DNA of 64,000 bases from Antedon mediterranea (Eukaryota; Animalia; Echinodermata): positions 3,612,422 to 3,676,421 of the forward strand of contig NC_092678.1 in assembly GCF_964355755.1 (NCBI RefSeq). Direction: 5' to 3'. Each line of letters begins with the position of its first letter. Positions within the stretch are counted from its first letter, which is position 1. Position numbers and translations under genes: made by a program. Of this stretch, positions 1-12,866 are shown one piece after another. The notes under the pieces are model-generated. The model saw nothing but the letters and a program-made list of their open reading frames with translations. It was not told where the DNA came from and made no database searches.

Positions 1-1037
1 AAAATTACTAAACTCGCCCAGGCAGAAGGAAAGCAGCTGTTTGTCTTTACACGACAAGCACACGTCGCTGGGCCGAGCCAATCTACTCGGCTAGGTAATT
101 TTGTTTAAAGCAGCATAGCTAGCTAGGTAGTGGCCTAGCTAGGCCTCGATTATTGTATACATTTATTCTTATTTTACAAATAAATTATACGTTAAATTAC
201 ATTGATCATTTCTGTGTGTATTTCCTTGAAGGTTCCCCTCATTATTTAATCAAAATAGCTTTAAATAAGTGGTAAATTAACCAACAAAAATACAAATTAA
301 CAACAATACTTACGACGTACACTACGGATTTGTTGATGTAGAACGCCCTCAATTTACGGGGAAAACAGATTCAAGTTACATACATTAAAGGGTGGTTCCG
401 GGTTTAATATTTCTAATGTTTTAATTATTATGAACTCTTACAATTAAATTGTTTATTATAATATATGATTCACATTTTACAAATTTCAGAAGTGTACATT
501 GTTATTAATGTGCCTATCCTAGATTAGAACAAGAATATTTCTTACAAAAAACGCTGCTCGCTTATTGTTATTGCTAAGGTCAAGTCTGGGGGTCACTTCA
601 TCACGCCTAGATACTTCAAGTATCCTATTACAAACAAAAACTTCAATGGACTGTTTTGATAATAATTCAATGATTATCTGACAGCGAATTATATCATGGG
701 ACTCATTTAAATACCAGAATGCTTTGGGATTTGTCGTTAGACTCTTTTCTCAGCCGTTTTTGGATTCAACAGGTGGTACCAATAAATTATAGTGGAGTTT
801 CCATTTTAACAAAAATGTCAAAGTGTAGTACTATAAAGCTGCTTGATTTCATCTAATGAATGAGTCATCTCGTGTGACGTAGCGGGCTAGAGCAGCAGCG
901 TGAAAAAAATACAATTGAATGCAATTCATTTTCTGTACTGTAATTATTTTAAATAATAAATACATTTATTTGTAATGTATAGACCTAAAATAGCCTATAG
1001 TGTGTATACAGTATTTATTGCATAAGTTGCATCCCGA

Positions 1038-4000
1038 CTAGCTAACTATGAAACTTAATGATATTAACAAAATACATTTTAGTATCGATGACGTCAGTGT
1101 ATTTCCAATTGAGGATGGTGTAGTGCTGATTGTTGTCTTTAGCCACGGGTTGTAATTTATCCAAACTTTCTCGTGTAAGCCGACTGTTTCCAGAACCTAA
1201 TGAACAAAGATGTAAACATTGTAATATGTGCAATTTGTTCCAGAAGATGTTCGAAATTGTATCAAAATTGGTGGACAATTTACCTTTTGTTGCCTGTAGC
1301 CTGTTTGTGGTATACTAAAGACGTAACCATCTTTGCATGAGCTGTCTCTGTATGGGCCAACCTCATCACTGATAATCCACTCATCGCGATCCGTGGTGCT
1401 CTGACAAGCGTACGGGAGTTCGGTTTCACAATATTCTGGTGTGAACCACCTTCCGACAGAAGTGCTAGATTTTAAAAAAAATTGAAAACTACATTAATTT
1501 CTATAAAAGCTAGTCTTATTTGCCTAAATATACAGTCCTATAGTTTTAACCCCTTTGACCTTTCTAAAAAACACATGCAACCATAATACTTGTCATTAAC
1601 CACTTGTCGTATTGGAAAATATGGGTTGTGTTTTACTTACTTTAGATAGACACATGCTCCTTCCGTAAGTGGCCGACTTGGTTGCCCACTTGCCCATGTG
1701 AATACAGCAGTTGCCATTACCTGGGGCGTTATTGGATCGACGGCTGGAAACTGGATTCGGCATTTGACGAACTCCGACAAATCTAGCGTCGTACCGACTT
1801 GTGTAGGTCCATCGTAAGCTATTCTGTATTCAAATTAGATAAAATATATTCACTAATGGTCCCTTAATTATTTACCCAGGAAAGTTGGTCTCATGTGCCC
1901 AATTATCGCAACTTTGATGGTGGTGAGTAGAAACTGACTTACCTGGATCCGAGATGAAAAAGCCTACAAATGTGATTAAATTATTTTACAATGGAAGTAA
2001 ATTGATACTTACCGATAGTGAGTGCTGTCGCTGTAAAACCTAAATGCATTTGTACTATTTTTACCCCCACAATCGGGATAGTCTGTAAACTGAAAAAAAA
2101 AACCATACAGTGTGTTAATTTCAAATTTTTGGATAAGTTTATGTTTTTTTGTATTCCGCCAGAGTAAATCAGTTCGGTTGATTATTCAAAATATTGGCCC
2201 ACAAATCCAAGATGTTTCCGATATAGATTGTCAATTGGTCCTTTCGTCGTTTTGTTCAGGTTATAGTGGATTCATTGTTCTTTTACATATTAATACTTAA
2301 TACTTATACTTAATACTTAATACTTAATGTTTGATGGAAATAGTTTAGGCTAGTGCCTATTAGATTCCATTTCTAGCCGAAAATAGTTGTCAAGTCTAGA
2401 CTTAAAGATGTTCACTGAAGAGGCTTGTATTACATATTCAGGCAGAGAATTCCAGTGATGTATGACTCTGATGGTAAAAAAGTTGACCCTGCACATAAGA
2501 TTTCCTCTAAGTTTTGGACGATATAGTTTTAAGCTGTGTCCCCTGGTTCTGATGTTGTGAGACAATTTAAATAAATCTTTTCAGTCAATATCCTCAAAGC
2601 CTTTCAAAATTTTGAAAGCTTCAATCAAATCTCCTCGTAGTCTTCTTGTCTCTAATGGTTGAAGATCAAGATATTCTAACCTTTTTTCATATGGTAAATC
2701 ACTTATTGACTTGACCATCTTTGTAGCTCTTCTCTGCACCTTCTCCAATATTTCTTTGTCTTTGTTATAGTAAGGAGACCAGGACTGTATACAGTATTCC
2801 ATATGTGGACGGATGTATGCCTTGTACATGACCTGAAAACTTTCTTTGTCAATATTTTTGAATGTTCTTTTGACAGTTCTCATACTATTCGTCACTCTAG
2901 CTGCTGCTGCTGCTGCAGCACACTGTCGGCTTGGCTTGCAGTCGCTAGTGAAGATAACACCAAGGTCTTTAACGTTTCTCCATTTAGACAATATTCTGAT
3001 TTCTCTGTCTTTCTACCAACATGGAGCACTTCGCATTTCTTGGTATTGAATTTTAGCAGCCAGTCCTCTGACCATTCCTGAGCCCTATCAAGATCAATTT
3101 GAAGTTTTCTTGAATCCGATTTTTCTTTGATGGTCTTTATAATCTTTGCATCATCTGCAAACATGTTAAAGTCTGCGCTGATAATTTTATCTGGAAGATC
3201 GTTTATGAAGAGGATGAATAGGATTGGGCCAAGGACTGATCCTTGTGGGACTCCACTCACTACATCTACCGGCTTGGATGTTGTATTTCTTACAATTACT
3301 TTCTGTGTTCTTCCTGTCAGAAACTCAGCTATCCAATTTATAGTCTTATCAGATATTCCATAGCCTATCAGCTTGTGAATTAGTCTTCGATGTGGAACAC
3401 TATCGAACGCCTTCATATAATCAAGGTATACGATATCCACATCTTCACCACTATCTAGAGCTTCAGTGACTGTTTCGAATGTTTGTAGCAAATTTGTTAG
3501 ACAAGACCTACCACTTAGGAATCCATGTTGACACCTAGACAGCATTCTACTTCCTTTAACAAAGCCAAGCACATTGTCTTTGATGATTGATTCAAAAACT
3601 TTACATGGTATTGATGTTAGGCTGATGGGCCGATAATTTTCAGCTTTCTTCTTGGATCCTTTCTTGAAAATTGGTGTGACATTTGCAGTCTTCCAATCTT
3701 TTGGTAATTTACCTGTCTCAAGTGAGAGCTTGAAAATGATAGTATTATTACTATAGTATATATTACTTCTCACTTCCCTGATAATACTAAACCGTACTTA
3801 CATAATGACGTCGTTTATCTTGCCAGTAGGATGGATGGATATATACGTCTCCGTGTGTATAGACAAGACCACTGCCTGCTGTTGAACTGGATGCTACAAC
3901 AACTGTTTTACCATCCTAAACGAAAAAACATAAAAATAAAAATCATACCAAGCATCGTAATAACCGTTCTATCTGGATACAAAACCCCGGACTAGGAAAC

Positions 4001-6608
4001 AGAACTTAGCATTACATTTTATGAATTTATATATGAATTGACGTCTTTACCTGTATCATTTGTCTAGCAGTTGGCCAAACTCCATCGTACTTTTCTTTGA
4101 GATCTGATGGTGTTAACATGCGTGTTCCGAGAAAATCCGAAAGTGCCTCATTCATTTCAAAGTCATGTGATTGGTTGAATTTTTCCTATTAAATCAAAAA
4201 GCAGTCTTTCATTACGACTCTTTGAGTAAACTCACAACAAAGTCTTACTAATGTTTAATTTATTTATATCCTACTTATTAGCAGAAGATATTTGTTTTTA
4301 CTAACGTTTAGATAGATCCTTATTATCTCGTTTACGTTTTCTTCTCGAGACAGCCACTGTCCAATTTCCTGCAGGCCATCTCGGAACGATCGATGGATTG
4401 GAAGGCAGGAAAGAGATAATTCAGATGACGAATGCGCCATTCTCATCTGTACTTAAAAAGATTGTTTAACTGTTAACAGAGCCCGAGTATTTGGCTTTAT
4501 ATGCATTGTGTTGACCATGAAACTTTCGTTCAAAACATTCGTATTATAGGTTTTGTGTCCTCACATACGGGTTGCAACTTTTGTACAACTTAACCAAGGC
4601 AATCAAACAAGAAGATGCTGAGCTCCAGAGACCAAAGAGTTTATCTGTGACTGACATGATCAGTTCCACGCCCTTAACTGCACTGCACTGCACACCGCGG
4701 CGGAGAATATGTACAAAGTACAGTACTGTTGGTATTTGTCGCAGCCAGACTTAAGATCAAATGACTGTTACGAGTTCCTATCTTGGCAATGCGAGCTCAG
4801 TGTCCTGATGTTGTTAGATTTCCTTGGATTAACTTACCACATTGTAACAGAACCAGTTGTCAATCTCGAGTCCCCTAACACCCAAGTTGAGCATATCTGT
4901 GAATGTAAACTCCTGATTGGCCAAGTTGGTGCAATACCTAGAATAGGGCGGTGGCCAGATACAGCTGTCATTTTCTGTAATAAGTCAAATAATATATAAA
5001 TCACATATATTATTATGTATGTTTGGTGGTAATGGTACATTCATTTTTATTTTCTTCTTTTCTTCTTTCCTGGTTTCGTGTTCCTGTTTCTATTTTATAC
5101 TCACTTAGTGACTGTAGACACTGTATACATATCACGCATAATAGTAGGCCTAGTTTTGGCTGAGATTACAATACAATTGTAATCTCAGGTTTTGGATAGC
5201 TACTCTATGTGTATCCTTATTTTTTTCAACATATCACGCATAATAGTAGGCCTAGTTTTGGCTGAGATTACAATACAATTGTAATCTCAGGTTTTGGATA
5301 GCTACTCTATGTGTATCCTTATTTTTTTCAACATATCACGCATAATAGTAGGCCTAGTTTTGGCTGAGATTACAATACAATTGTAATCTCAGGTTTTGGA
5401 TAGCTACTCTTTGTGTATCCTTATTTATTTCAACAATGTCAGTTTATTGTGTAATTACCTCCATAGCCAGAGGCTCTGCTGTTGTACGCATTATGAGCCT
5501 GAAAGAAGGAACAAATAGTTGTTGAGCAGCACATTTTGATTAATACGATGAAATTTAATGGTTGATTATTGAATTAAAAAAAATCTTACGTCAAACATTT
5601 GAAGGTGATCTAATGGTTCATCAATCTGAAAATCAATAATAAATTAATGTGTTATTTCAAAATGTTATATGTTCAAGGCGTATTGAATGATATTATTGCA
5701 ACTTTCGATGACGTCATATGTTAACTAATCTTTAGAAAATGAGGGTACATAGTTCAAGTTTATCCACACCTGTATGTCTCTTTGTGTCTTGAGAGCAAAC
5801 GCCACCCACGGGTCCACAGGAACTGTACCTTTTCTACAATAACCGGCTTCATTACACTGTAAAACAACCAGTAAAATTAAGTTAATTTGGCGTAGTCAGA
5901 TACGCTATCACAGCGCCGATTAATATGTGACTATGCGCATAACTTGTGATTAATGTATAAGAGTTTAAAAGCATTTGTTACCTCACACCCAACAGTCTCG
6001 CTAATACTGTCCTTTTTGCATGTGTCGGCGTCTACGAACTACAACAAATAGTACAAATATCAAATTGACATTTTTGTATTCTTTAATTATTTGTACTGTA
6101 CGCTCAGTAAGTACTCCACTATATAAACGTAATGCTAATAATAGACCCGTATCTATTTGATAAACATTATATCGACAATACGGTAATCGATGTTAAATAG
6201 TTTCTATACCACTGATTTTTTCAGTATATAATATATTTTTAGCTGTTGAATAATATCTGACATATTATATCGATATTTCCTGATGACCAGATTAATTTTT
6301 AGACTATTCAGTATAAAATTATTAAATCCCCCCACAACAAAATACACAAAAAAAATATCTGCCTACTACAAATGGATAGAAAACATCAATACGTTAGAAG
6401 TGATATAAAACAAAGTGAGGCATACGATTATGATTGTATATTTCGAACTTTATTTGTCCATTAGTATATTAATAATGATATATCCGGAGTTGTAGCCTAC
6501 ATCAGAACATAGAAAGACCTACAATCTTATTGGTAATAGTGTTCTACTTACATTTTCGAAGTTGAAAATGACTGCAATTGTTACCAGTAACGCTATGGTG
6601 GATTTCAT
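1038..6608 (-). CDS. Secreted, probably GPI-anchored PI-PLC-like phosphodiesterase (Rv2075c-like) with C-terminal lectin-like domain, paralog B, ~467 aa
   Basis: Exons 6608-6552, 6038-5982, 5856-5770, 5625-5590, 5498-5459, 4974-4838, 4446-4306, 4185-4051, 3915-3802, 2089-2013, (optional 1963-1943), 1823-1641, 1464-1284, 1196-1038, all GT-AG and in frame. Signal peptide MKSTIALLVTIAVIFNFENFVDA; motifs QIDEPLDHLQMFDAHNAYNS, NQEFTFTDMLNLGVRGLEID, MRMAH, WPTARQM, FTWASGQP..CVY..GRW..C..YACQ, VWINY; hydrophobic tail ILKCILLISLSFIVS*. Confidence 0.88.
2294..3745 (-). mobile_element. 5'-truncated CR1-clade LINE (RT and 3' end) in intron 9 of paralog B
   Basis: ORFs 2892-3773, 2581-2991 and 2350-2565 contain PIFKKG..NYRPISLTS, DYMKAFDSVPH, GVPQGSVLGPILF, FADD, LEKVQRRATK, RRLRGDLI and TRGHSLKL. 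Frameshifted; (AGTATTA)n tail at 2294-2328. Confidence 0.92.
5128..5434. repeat. Tandem repeat, 3 x 102 bp, each unit containing a 29-bp palindrome flanked by GTTTTGG
   Basis: Near-identical units start at 5128, 5230 and 5332; core gttttgg-CTGAGATTACAATACAATTGTAATCTCAG-gttttgg. Confidence 0.9.
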
Positions 6609-7035
6609 GGTGGTAACTATCTACCTTCTGATGTTCATTTCAATTTGAAAACAATTAAATATAAATGTATATACATTAAACAGAAGCTCTAAATAAATAC
6701 ATTAGTAGTCAAAGTTCAAAATCAGTCTTTCAATGATTAACTAAAAGTTTAACAATAAATAAAGCAACGGCGTAACAGTGAACTACTTTATATATGGTTT
6801 TCGTTTTTAAATAACTTGCAAAGTTAATAAATTTAGGATAATTATCTTAAGTAGATCTTTAATCAAGCAAGTTTACTATTGTTTTTTCTTTGTTGTTGAA
6901 CAAACTTAAGTCTAAGCTTAGTTGTATTGCAATACATAGCCCTATTGCAATTTTATCTTATTTCTCATGATATGAAGTATAGCTAGTAACGGTAAATAGA
7001 TATAAAGTATCTTAAAATGTATTGCAAACGTAAGA

Positions 7036-10000
7036 TCATAGTAGAAATATTAACCCTAGGACAATAGTAACTTTTATAAGTGTTTGCCCAATCGTAGTTA
7101 CTGATTTTGCTCCTGAACCAGGATCGGTATCGTCAGGAAGCCACGGCTCATAGTTAATCCACACCTCATCAGAAGAAGATGATTCCATCTTTTCTAATAT
7201 CTAGAATATATAAGGTATCTGAATGTTACTATTTGATAAAAATCGTTTCATTTTGCAATATCTTATTTCAGTTTTCTTTACCATTTCTTGCTGGAACCCG
7301 TTCTTAGGAATGCTGTATTCATAACCTTCTTGGCACTCACTACTGTCATAAGCTGGACTCTGTCCACTTAGTGTCCAGTCGTCTGGGTCAGTCCTACTCT
7401 GGCAAGCACTTGTCAAATTTCGTTTACATTCGTCTGTTGCGTGCCAACGTCTTGTAGATAGTCTAATATTCGGAGAAACATCAAAATAGATATCGAACAG
7501 GATTTTTTAGGAAGTTTTTCTTCAGTAGAGAATTATTTTTGACTGGTCTCATACTGTATTACAGAACTTAGTGAAGTTCTAAATATGGAAAGCCATCAAG
7601 CTATGGTCTAAAGTTCGGATTATTTTGAATGGTAACCAATGGGCTATGATAATAATATTAAAATAATTAATTAGTATTTATATTATTAGTCATGATAGAA
7701 ATTCAGTTTGGTTATCATCTTTACCGAATATAGACGCATGATTGTGACGTCAATTTGATACTTGGTTCATTTTCGGCCCACGTGGAAACGGCAGTGCGCA
7801 TGAGTGACGGGTTGAGCATATCTGCAGACGATATTTGAACGCCGCAACGCACAAGCTCGCTGAAATCAGTGATGATACCAGTGGACCGTGGTCCTGAGTA
7901 GAATGGTCTGTAATACAATGGTAAAACGTTATCAACAAGACAATTATGTGATTGTGTTGCGTGATTAGAATGAAGCAAAAAATATTGATATACGAACCCA
8001 AATTTAGTTGCGTCACCATAGAAACGTAAAGTAGTGTTTCTGTAGTACCGTCCACCACAATCGGGATAGTTTTTAAACTATGAATTGCAAGAAAAAATCA
8101 AGAACATATTTTAAAGATGTACCGTATTGTCCCCAAAAACATGAAAAATAAAGATTATTAAATTCAGACTAGGATCAAAGTGAATAACTATTATGTGACA
8201 TTAAAATGGAATATTAAACAAAAATTTAAACAAAACAATTTTAGGGGGACAATATATCTTAAATTTTCGTAACGAATTTCAAATTTGTATTTATTTTTTC
8301 TGAATCCACTCTCTTGAAAAAAAGTGGAAATACGTTTACTTACGCTTTTCATATTTCTACCGTCCCAATATGCAGGATGCATGTAAACTTCACCGTGCAA
8401 AAAGGCGCCATTTCCATTTATTACAATTGTTTTTCCAGTCTGAAAAAAAAAAATAGTTTTTGGAAAATATTGACTAGTGAAATTGTTTTCAATTTAAAAG
8501 TTTTGTATTTATTTGATAACTTAACCGGGGTAGTCCTAATAATGTGCACCCAGAACACCTCCAGAAGGATTTCGAACGCATTGAGTCGGATGCCTCTCAT
8601 CCTCTCCACAAAGTGATCATAGACCAACTTAATCCAAGTGGTAGATTGAGGCTCCTCAGTGTGAAAACAAATCGATTTGCTAAATCCTTTATTCCCTCCG
8701 GTATCATCCAGTACAACAGGAAGTCAAGAAGAAAATTTTTTCTTGTAATTTTTTAGATGTTTTTATATGAATGGTTTTATGCTATATTTGTTTTTATTGT
8801 GTTTTCTTTGTTATTATGACGAGCAATGAATTTCCTTTTTGAGGATCAATAAAAGTTATCTTATCTTATCTTATGTGCAGCGCATTGAGAACTTGCTAAT
8901 TATATGCGCTATATAATAATGAACTATTATTATTTTTACCTCTCTCATGCGTCTCATGGTAGGCCATTGACCATTAAACTCATGTTGTAGATAGTCTGGT
9001 GTCAGAACTCGATCTCCAATAGTTGATTGGATTATTTCGTTTACTACTGCATCGGTCGTTTGAATATAATCTTCCTAGAAATAAAAATATGTGAGTTTTT
9101 ATATAGGCATATATATCGACAATCATTGATTATTCATATGACGTCAGTTGTTAGCTACTGATTGGTCGAAAGTACGAGTATATTATCCACCTCAACTTGT
9201 TATAATTGTTATGCGCATGCGTTGAAACATGAATGATTCATACTAACATCAATCATTATGCGTATAATTTCATTTTCGTTGCCAGGCATATTAAGCCAAT
9301 CTTCGATCTCCTGTAGTCCGTCTCGAAAAGGTCGGTTTGTCGGTAGGCACAACAGAGCAGCTTCAAGATTAAGATGAGCCATCCTCAACTACTCCAAATG
9401 AGAAAAGAAAATACTGTATTTTAGCAATATTGATATTAGATATGGACTGCTCCCAAGAAAAAATGTATAGAATCATTATCAATTGTTCTTTTTATGTAAC
9501 TAAGTTAAAGTGTGGAGGTATAGTTTTGTACCTCCCAAAGTATGGAGCATATTGAACTAAGTAAAATAAACCTCTCTAAACAATCCGCTTACCTCGTCGT
9601 AACACCACCAAAGATCAATCTCAAATCCACGCACACCCATGTTCAGCATATCCGTGAATGTAAACTCCTGGTTAGCCACGCCTAAACACAGTGGGTCGTA
9701 AGGGGGTGGCCATTCGCATGTGTCATAGTCTAAGAAAAAGAAGTAAATATTTTAGGCCTAGAATGATAACATTCCATGATCTTTGTGATGGTTGTATCAC
9801 TGGAGATTAAACGGAACGGCTTTGGTACCATATAGGCCTACAATAACATATTCATCATTTATTCATGATTATTTGATACTCACCTCCATATCCATCTGCT
9901 CTAGTACTGAATGCATTATGTCCCTAATGTAAAAACACAATAAAGAAACATACTATTTGTTGTGTTTTGTCATATTAAATGTCCCCAATGTAAAAACAAA

Positions 10001-11392
10001 CTCACAATTTGGAAAGCTTGAATATCGAAGTATAAAAAAACTATTCAGCAACTTTTTAAATATATAAATTACCTTTTGATTTTTTTTTTAAACATGCATA
10101 TATAAACAAAAAGAAAAAACACTTTAAACTTACGTCAAATATTTGTAGCATCGTTAACGGTTCATCTATCTGGAAAATTACAGTGAAATCATTATTTTAA
10201 GAAAAGTTAAATCATCGCCGAATCTGTTTATGATACAGTGTGGAATATGATACAGTGTGAGAATGGAATATGTACCAGCCTTCTACTAACATAGGCATTG
10301 CCTACCTGAACTTCTCTTTGAGTCTTGAGGGCAAAGGTAAGCCAGGGGTCAATCGGAACTGACCCTCTGACGCAGTGTCCACCGCGCGTACACGTAAGAG
10401 TGCCGTTGTAAACGCCAGGTTGAAACGGATATGAATCCGGTAGACATGGTTCACGCTCGGTACACTATCATTAAAATAGTAAAACAAGTTATTGAATGAT
10501 TTATTACATACATATTAATTGAAGGAAGAGAGGTGGTGAAAGTTTAAAATTTTGTTAGGCGTACTTAGAAGGCACTATCATCATTCTGTCAAGATATTTT
10601 TATTTGTCCACTACACTGTATATATTTTTTAACAACAAAATATGAGTTAGGACTTGAAATTGGAGTAAAATATGTGCACATTTAATGTTCTAGTAAGGCC
10701 TACAACAAAACTTATTTGAAACTGTATATGGGTCAGCCCAAAATATTTGTTATTTTAGAAATGAATGCTTTAGAAAAGTTACCGCTATTATTTAAGAGCT
10801 GTATTGTTGCTGCATAATCTTGCCGACACAACAGATAACAATGGTAAACTGATACTGATTATTTTAACAATAGGCCTAGGCCTAAGCATTGTTTGAATAA
10901 AGACTGCCGTACCTGGTTACACCCAGTAGCAGCACTGAGTGGATCGCATGGTTCTATAGGCGGTACGCTTGATGTTGATGAGTATACCCTTGCTGTTGCT
11001 AAAAGCAGGCATAGCTTATATCAAACATAAAAAAAGTATAAAAATAATGAGGCATCATCATAAATTTCAGAGTGAAAATTTAGATCGTTTTACTTTATTG
11101 TTTTATTCTCCATGACGAGATCGATCGAAACTCCATACCTTTATGCATTAAAAAAAAAACATTGTAATCGTTATAATTGTATATCTTCTTTATATTGTTT
11201 ACTTCTTTATCATGATTGTCGTCCTTTTTAACCCATACTGTCTGGGTCACTCCTTGTAAATAATTTATGGTGAAATAACAAAAAATAGATATAACCAGGT
11301 TGAGTATACCAAAACAGAGCCAGTTTTTCCAAAACACAATGATCAAATATTTCATTCCTTACCTTTATACTTTTAAATATGAAGTACTTCAT
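7036..11392 (-). CDS. Secreted, probably GPI-anchored PI-PLC-like phosphodiesterase (Rv2075c-like) with C-terminal lectin-like domain, paralog A, ~494 aa
   Basis: Exons 11392-11363, 11014-10913, 10464-10306, 10169-10134, 9923-9884, 9729-9593, 9388-9248, 9074-8940, 8439-8344, 8077-7998, 7907-7725, 7462-7282, 7200-7036 (1485 nt, open). N-terminus MKYFIFKSIKLCLLLATARVYS; motifs QIDEPLTMLQIFDGHNAFS, NQEFTFTDMLNMGVRGFEID, LRMAH, WPTMRRM, STWAENEP..CVY..RRW..C..SACQ, VWINY; tail GSGAKSVTTIGQTLIKVTIVLGLIFLL*. Exon sizes 36/40/137/141/135/183/181 match paralog B. Confidence 0.88.
8544..8875 (+). mobile_element. 3' fragment of a Rex1/CR1-like LINE in an intron of paralog A
   Basis: SDASHPLH..PSGRLRLLSVKTNRFAKSFIPSGI, followed by AATAAA and a (TATCT)n tail. 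Confidence 0.75.
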
Positions 11393-12699
11393 TGTAGACA
11401 GAATTAGCTACCGCTCCACACGGAATCAGCACATCAACGGCAATAATCTAGGCCTATATCATGATTTTTGGCCTAGTATTATCTAATCCCATTACGTAGA
11501 TAACAAACTCATCGTTATACATATCACTTGAAATTAGTAACCTGAACATGCAAATTGAATATTAGACTTTCATGTATTTACTTAAATTATAACAATGCAT
11601 TGCACATGTGCAAATAAGATTACGAACTTTATGTCTGTTTGAATTCATTTAAAAAAAATTCGATCAGATAAGAACATGAAGAAGACAGCTGACATTAGTA
11701 CACAATACATGCAGTTTATGATAACGATGGAATATTCAGCCCGATGAAAATGGTCATATACCATCATGTGTAATATTTCAATGTTCTATTTTGAAAATAA
11801 ATTAAACAATATGTAGGCCTGTATGTTAAAATCTTTCCCTTTTATTGTATATGTTATATGTCAGATGATAAATATTGTATATATTGTGTATTATGTATAT
11901 ATTGTATGTGCACAGCCAAATTAAAGTCTAGTCTAGTCTGAACTTTCCTTTTGGCTAGCTGTGCACGAAATATAGTAGGCCTTCGTGAATGAAGTTGAAC
12001 TGATGAAAACGAAATGATTTATGCCAACTAAAAGGGTCCTACAAAAAAACGAAGCTACAGCTTTTTTATGCAGGATCCCTGTTTTCAGTTGTACTGTAAT
12101 TATGATGTACTGTAATTGATGACTAAATAAATGTGGAATAAATAAATAAAATAAATAAATAAAAGAAAGACATTTTTATAGACCAATTTGCGATAATTTA
12201 TATAATATAGTTTTTTGATAGGCATAATCGTTTATATTTAAATTACTTGTTATTGAAAAAAAGCTACGATTTAATACATCATTTGTGTGCTGTTATTAAA
12301 ACAAACACAACTTCAATTTAAAACACGATACAAAATAATAAATACGAAAATGATTTGAATTACAATTTTATTATAAATAGTTGTGTTGAACTGAATAATA
12401 AAAATAAATAGATATTTCCTGCCAGGGATTAAGTTTAGATTCGAATGTATTTTTTAGCATATTTTGTCAATAGTTTACTATTAATCAACAGCGTATAGGG
12501 TGTTTCCCAATACTCGTGCTATTGTTGTATTCAAACATCCCGCCATTCTGGTCAGCCCACCGCATTGTATGTAGTCGGCAACGCTTTTACTACATAAATT
12601 ATTGTTCAGCATTGTGGTACCGCGCTTCTTAGGATGTTTGCAGGGCGTAGTGCATGCAGTCAGGACCACCTAAACATCATTGTTAAAAGCAGTAACAAT

Positions 12700-12780
12700 A
12701 TTAGCCAATGAAAACAAGGAGTAAAACTTGCTGTCCAATAGCAGGATCTGGCTGAGTGAGTAAGAGAATATAAATCACAA
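12700..12780 (+). promoter_or_regulatory. Putative core promoter of the homeobox gene
   Basis: CCAAT boxes at ~12705 and ~12735 and TATAAA at ~12769, about 95 nt upstream of the ATG (context gccATGG). Confidence 0.5.
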
Positions 12781-12866
12781 CATTTTTTACATTTTGCATC
12801 AAACTTGTCCTACACATCACAACCAACAGAGCAAAATTTATTCGTATCATTCAGAAGTTAAACGCC

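Noticed and set aside
2803-3363. Plus-strand ORFs with poly-Cys/poly-Ala
   Set aside because: They are antisense shadows of the CR1 RT plus a short (GCT)n microsatellite.
10302-10487. ORF-track peptide MFYYFNDSVP...
   Set aside because: Wrong frame; the real exon 10464-10306 encodes CTEREPC..DPWLTFALKTQREVQ.
1038-11392. A single gene with two PLC domains
   Set aside because: Each half has its own signal peptide, hydrophobic tail and stop codon.
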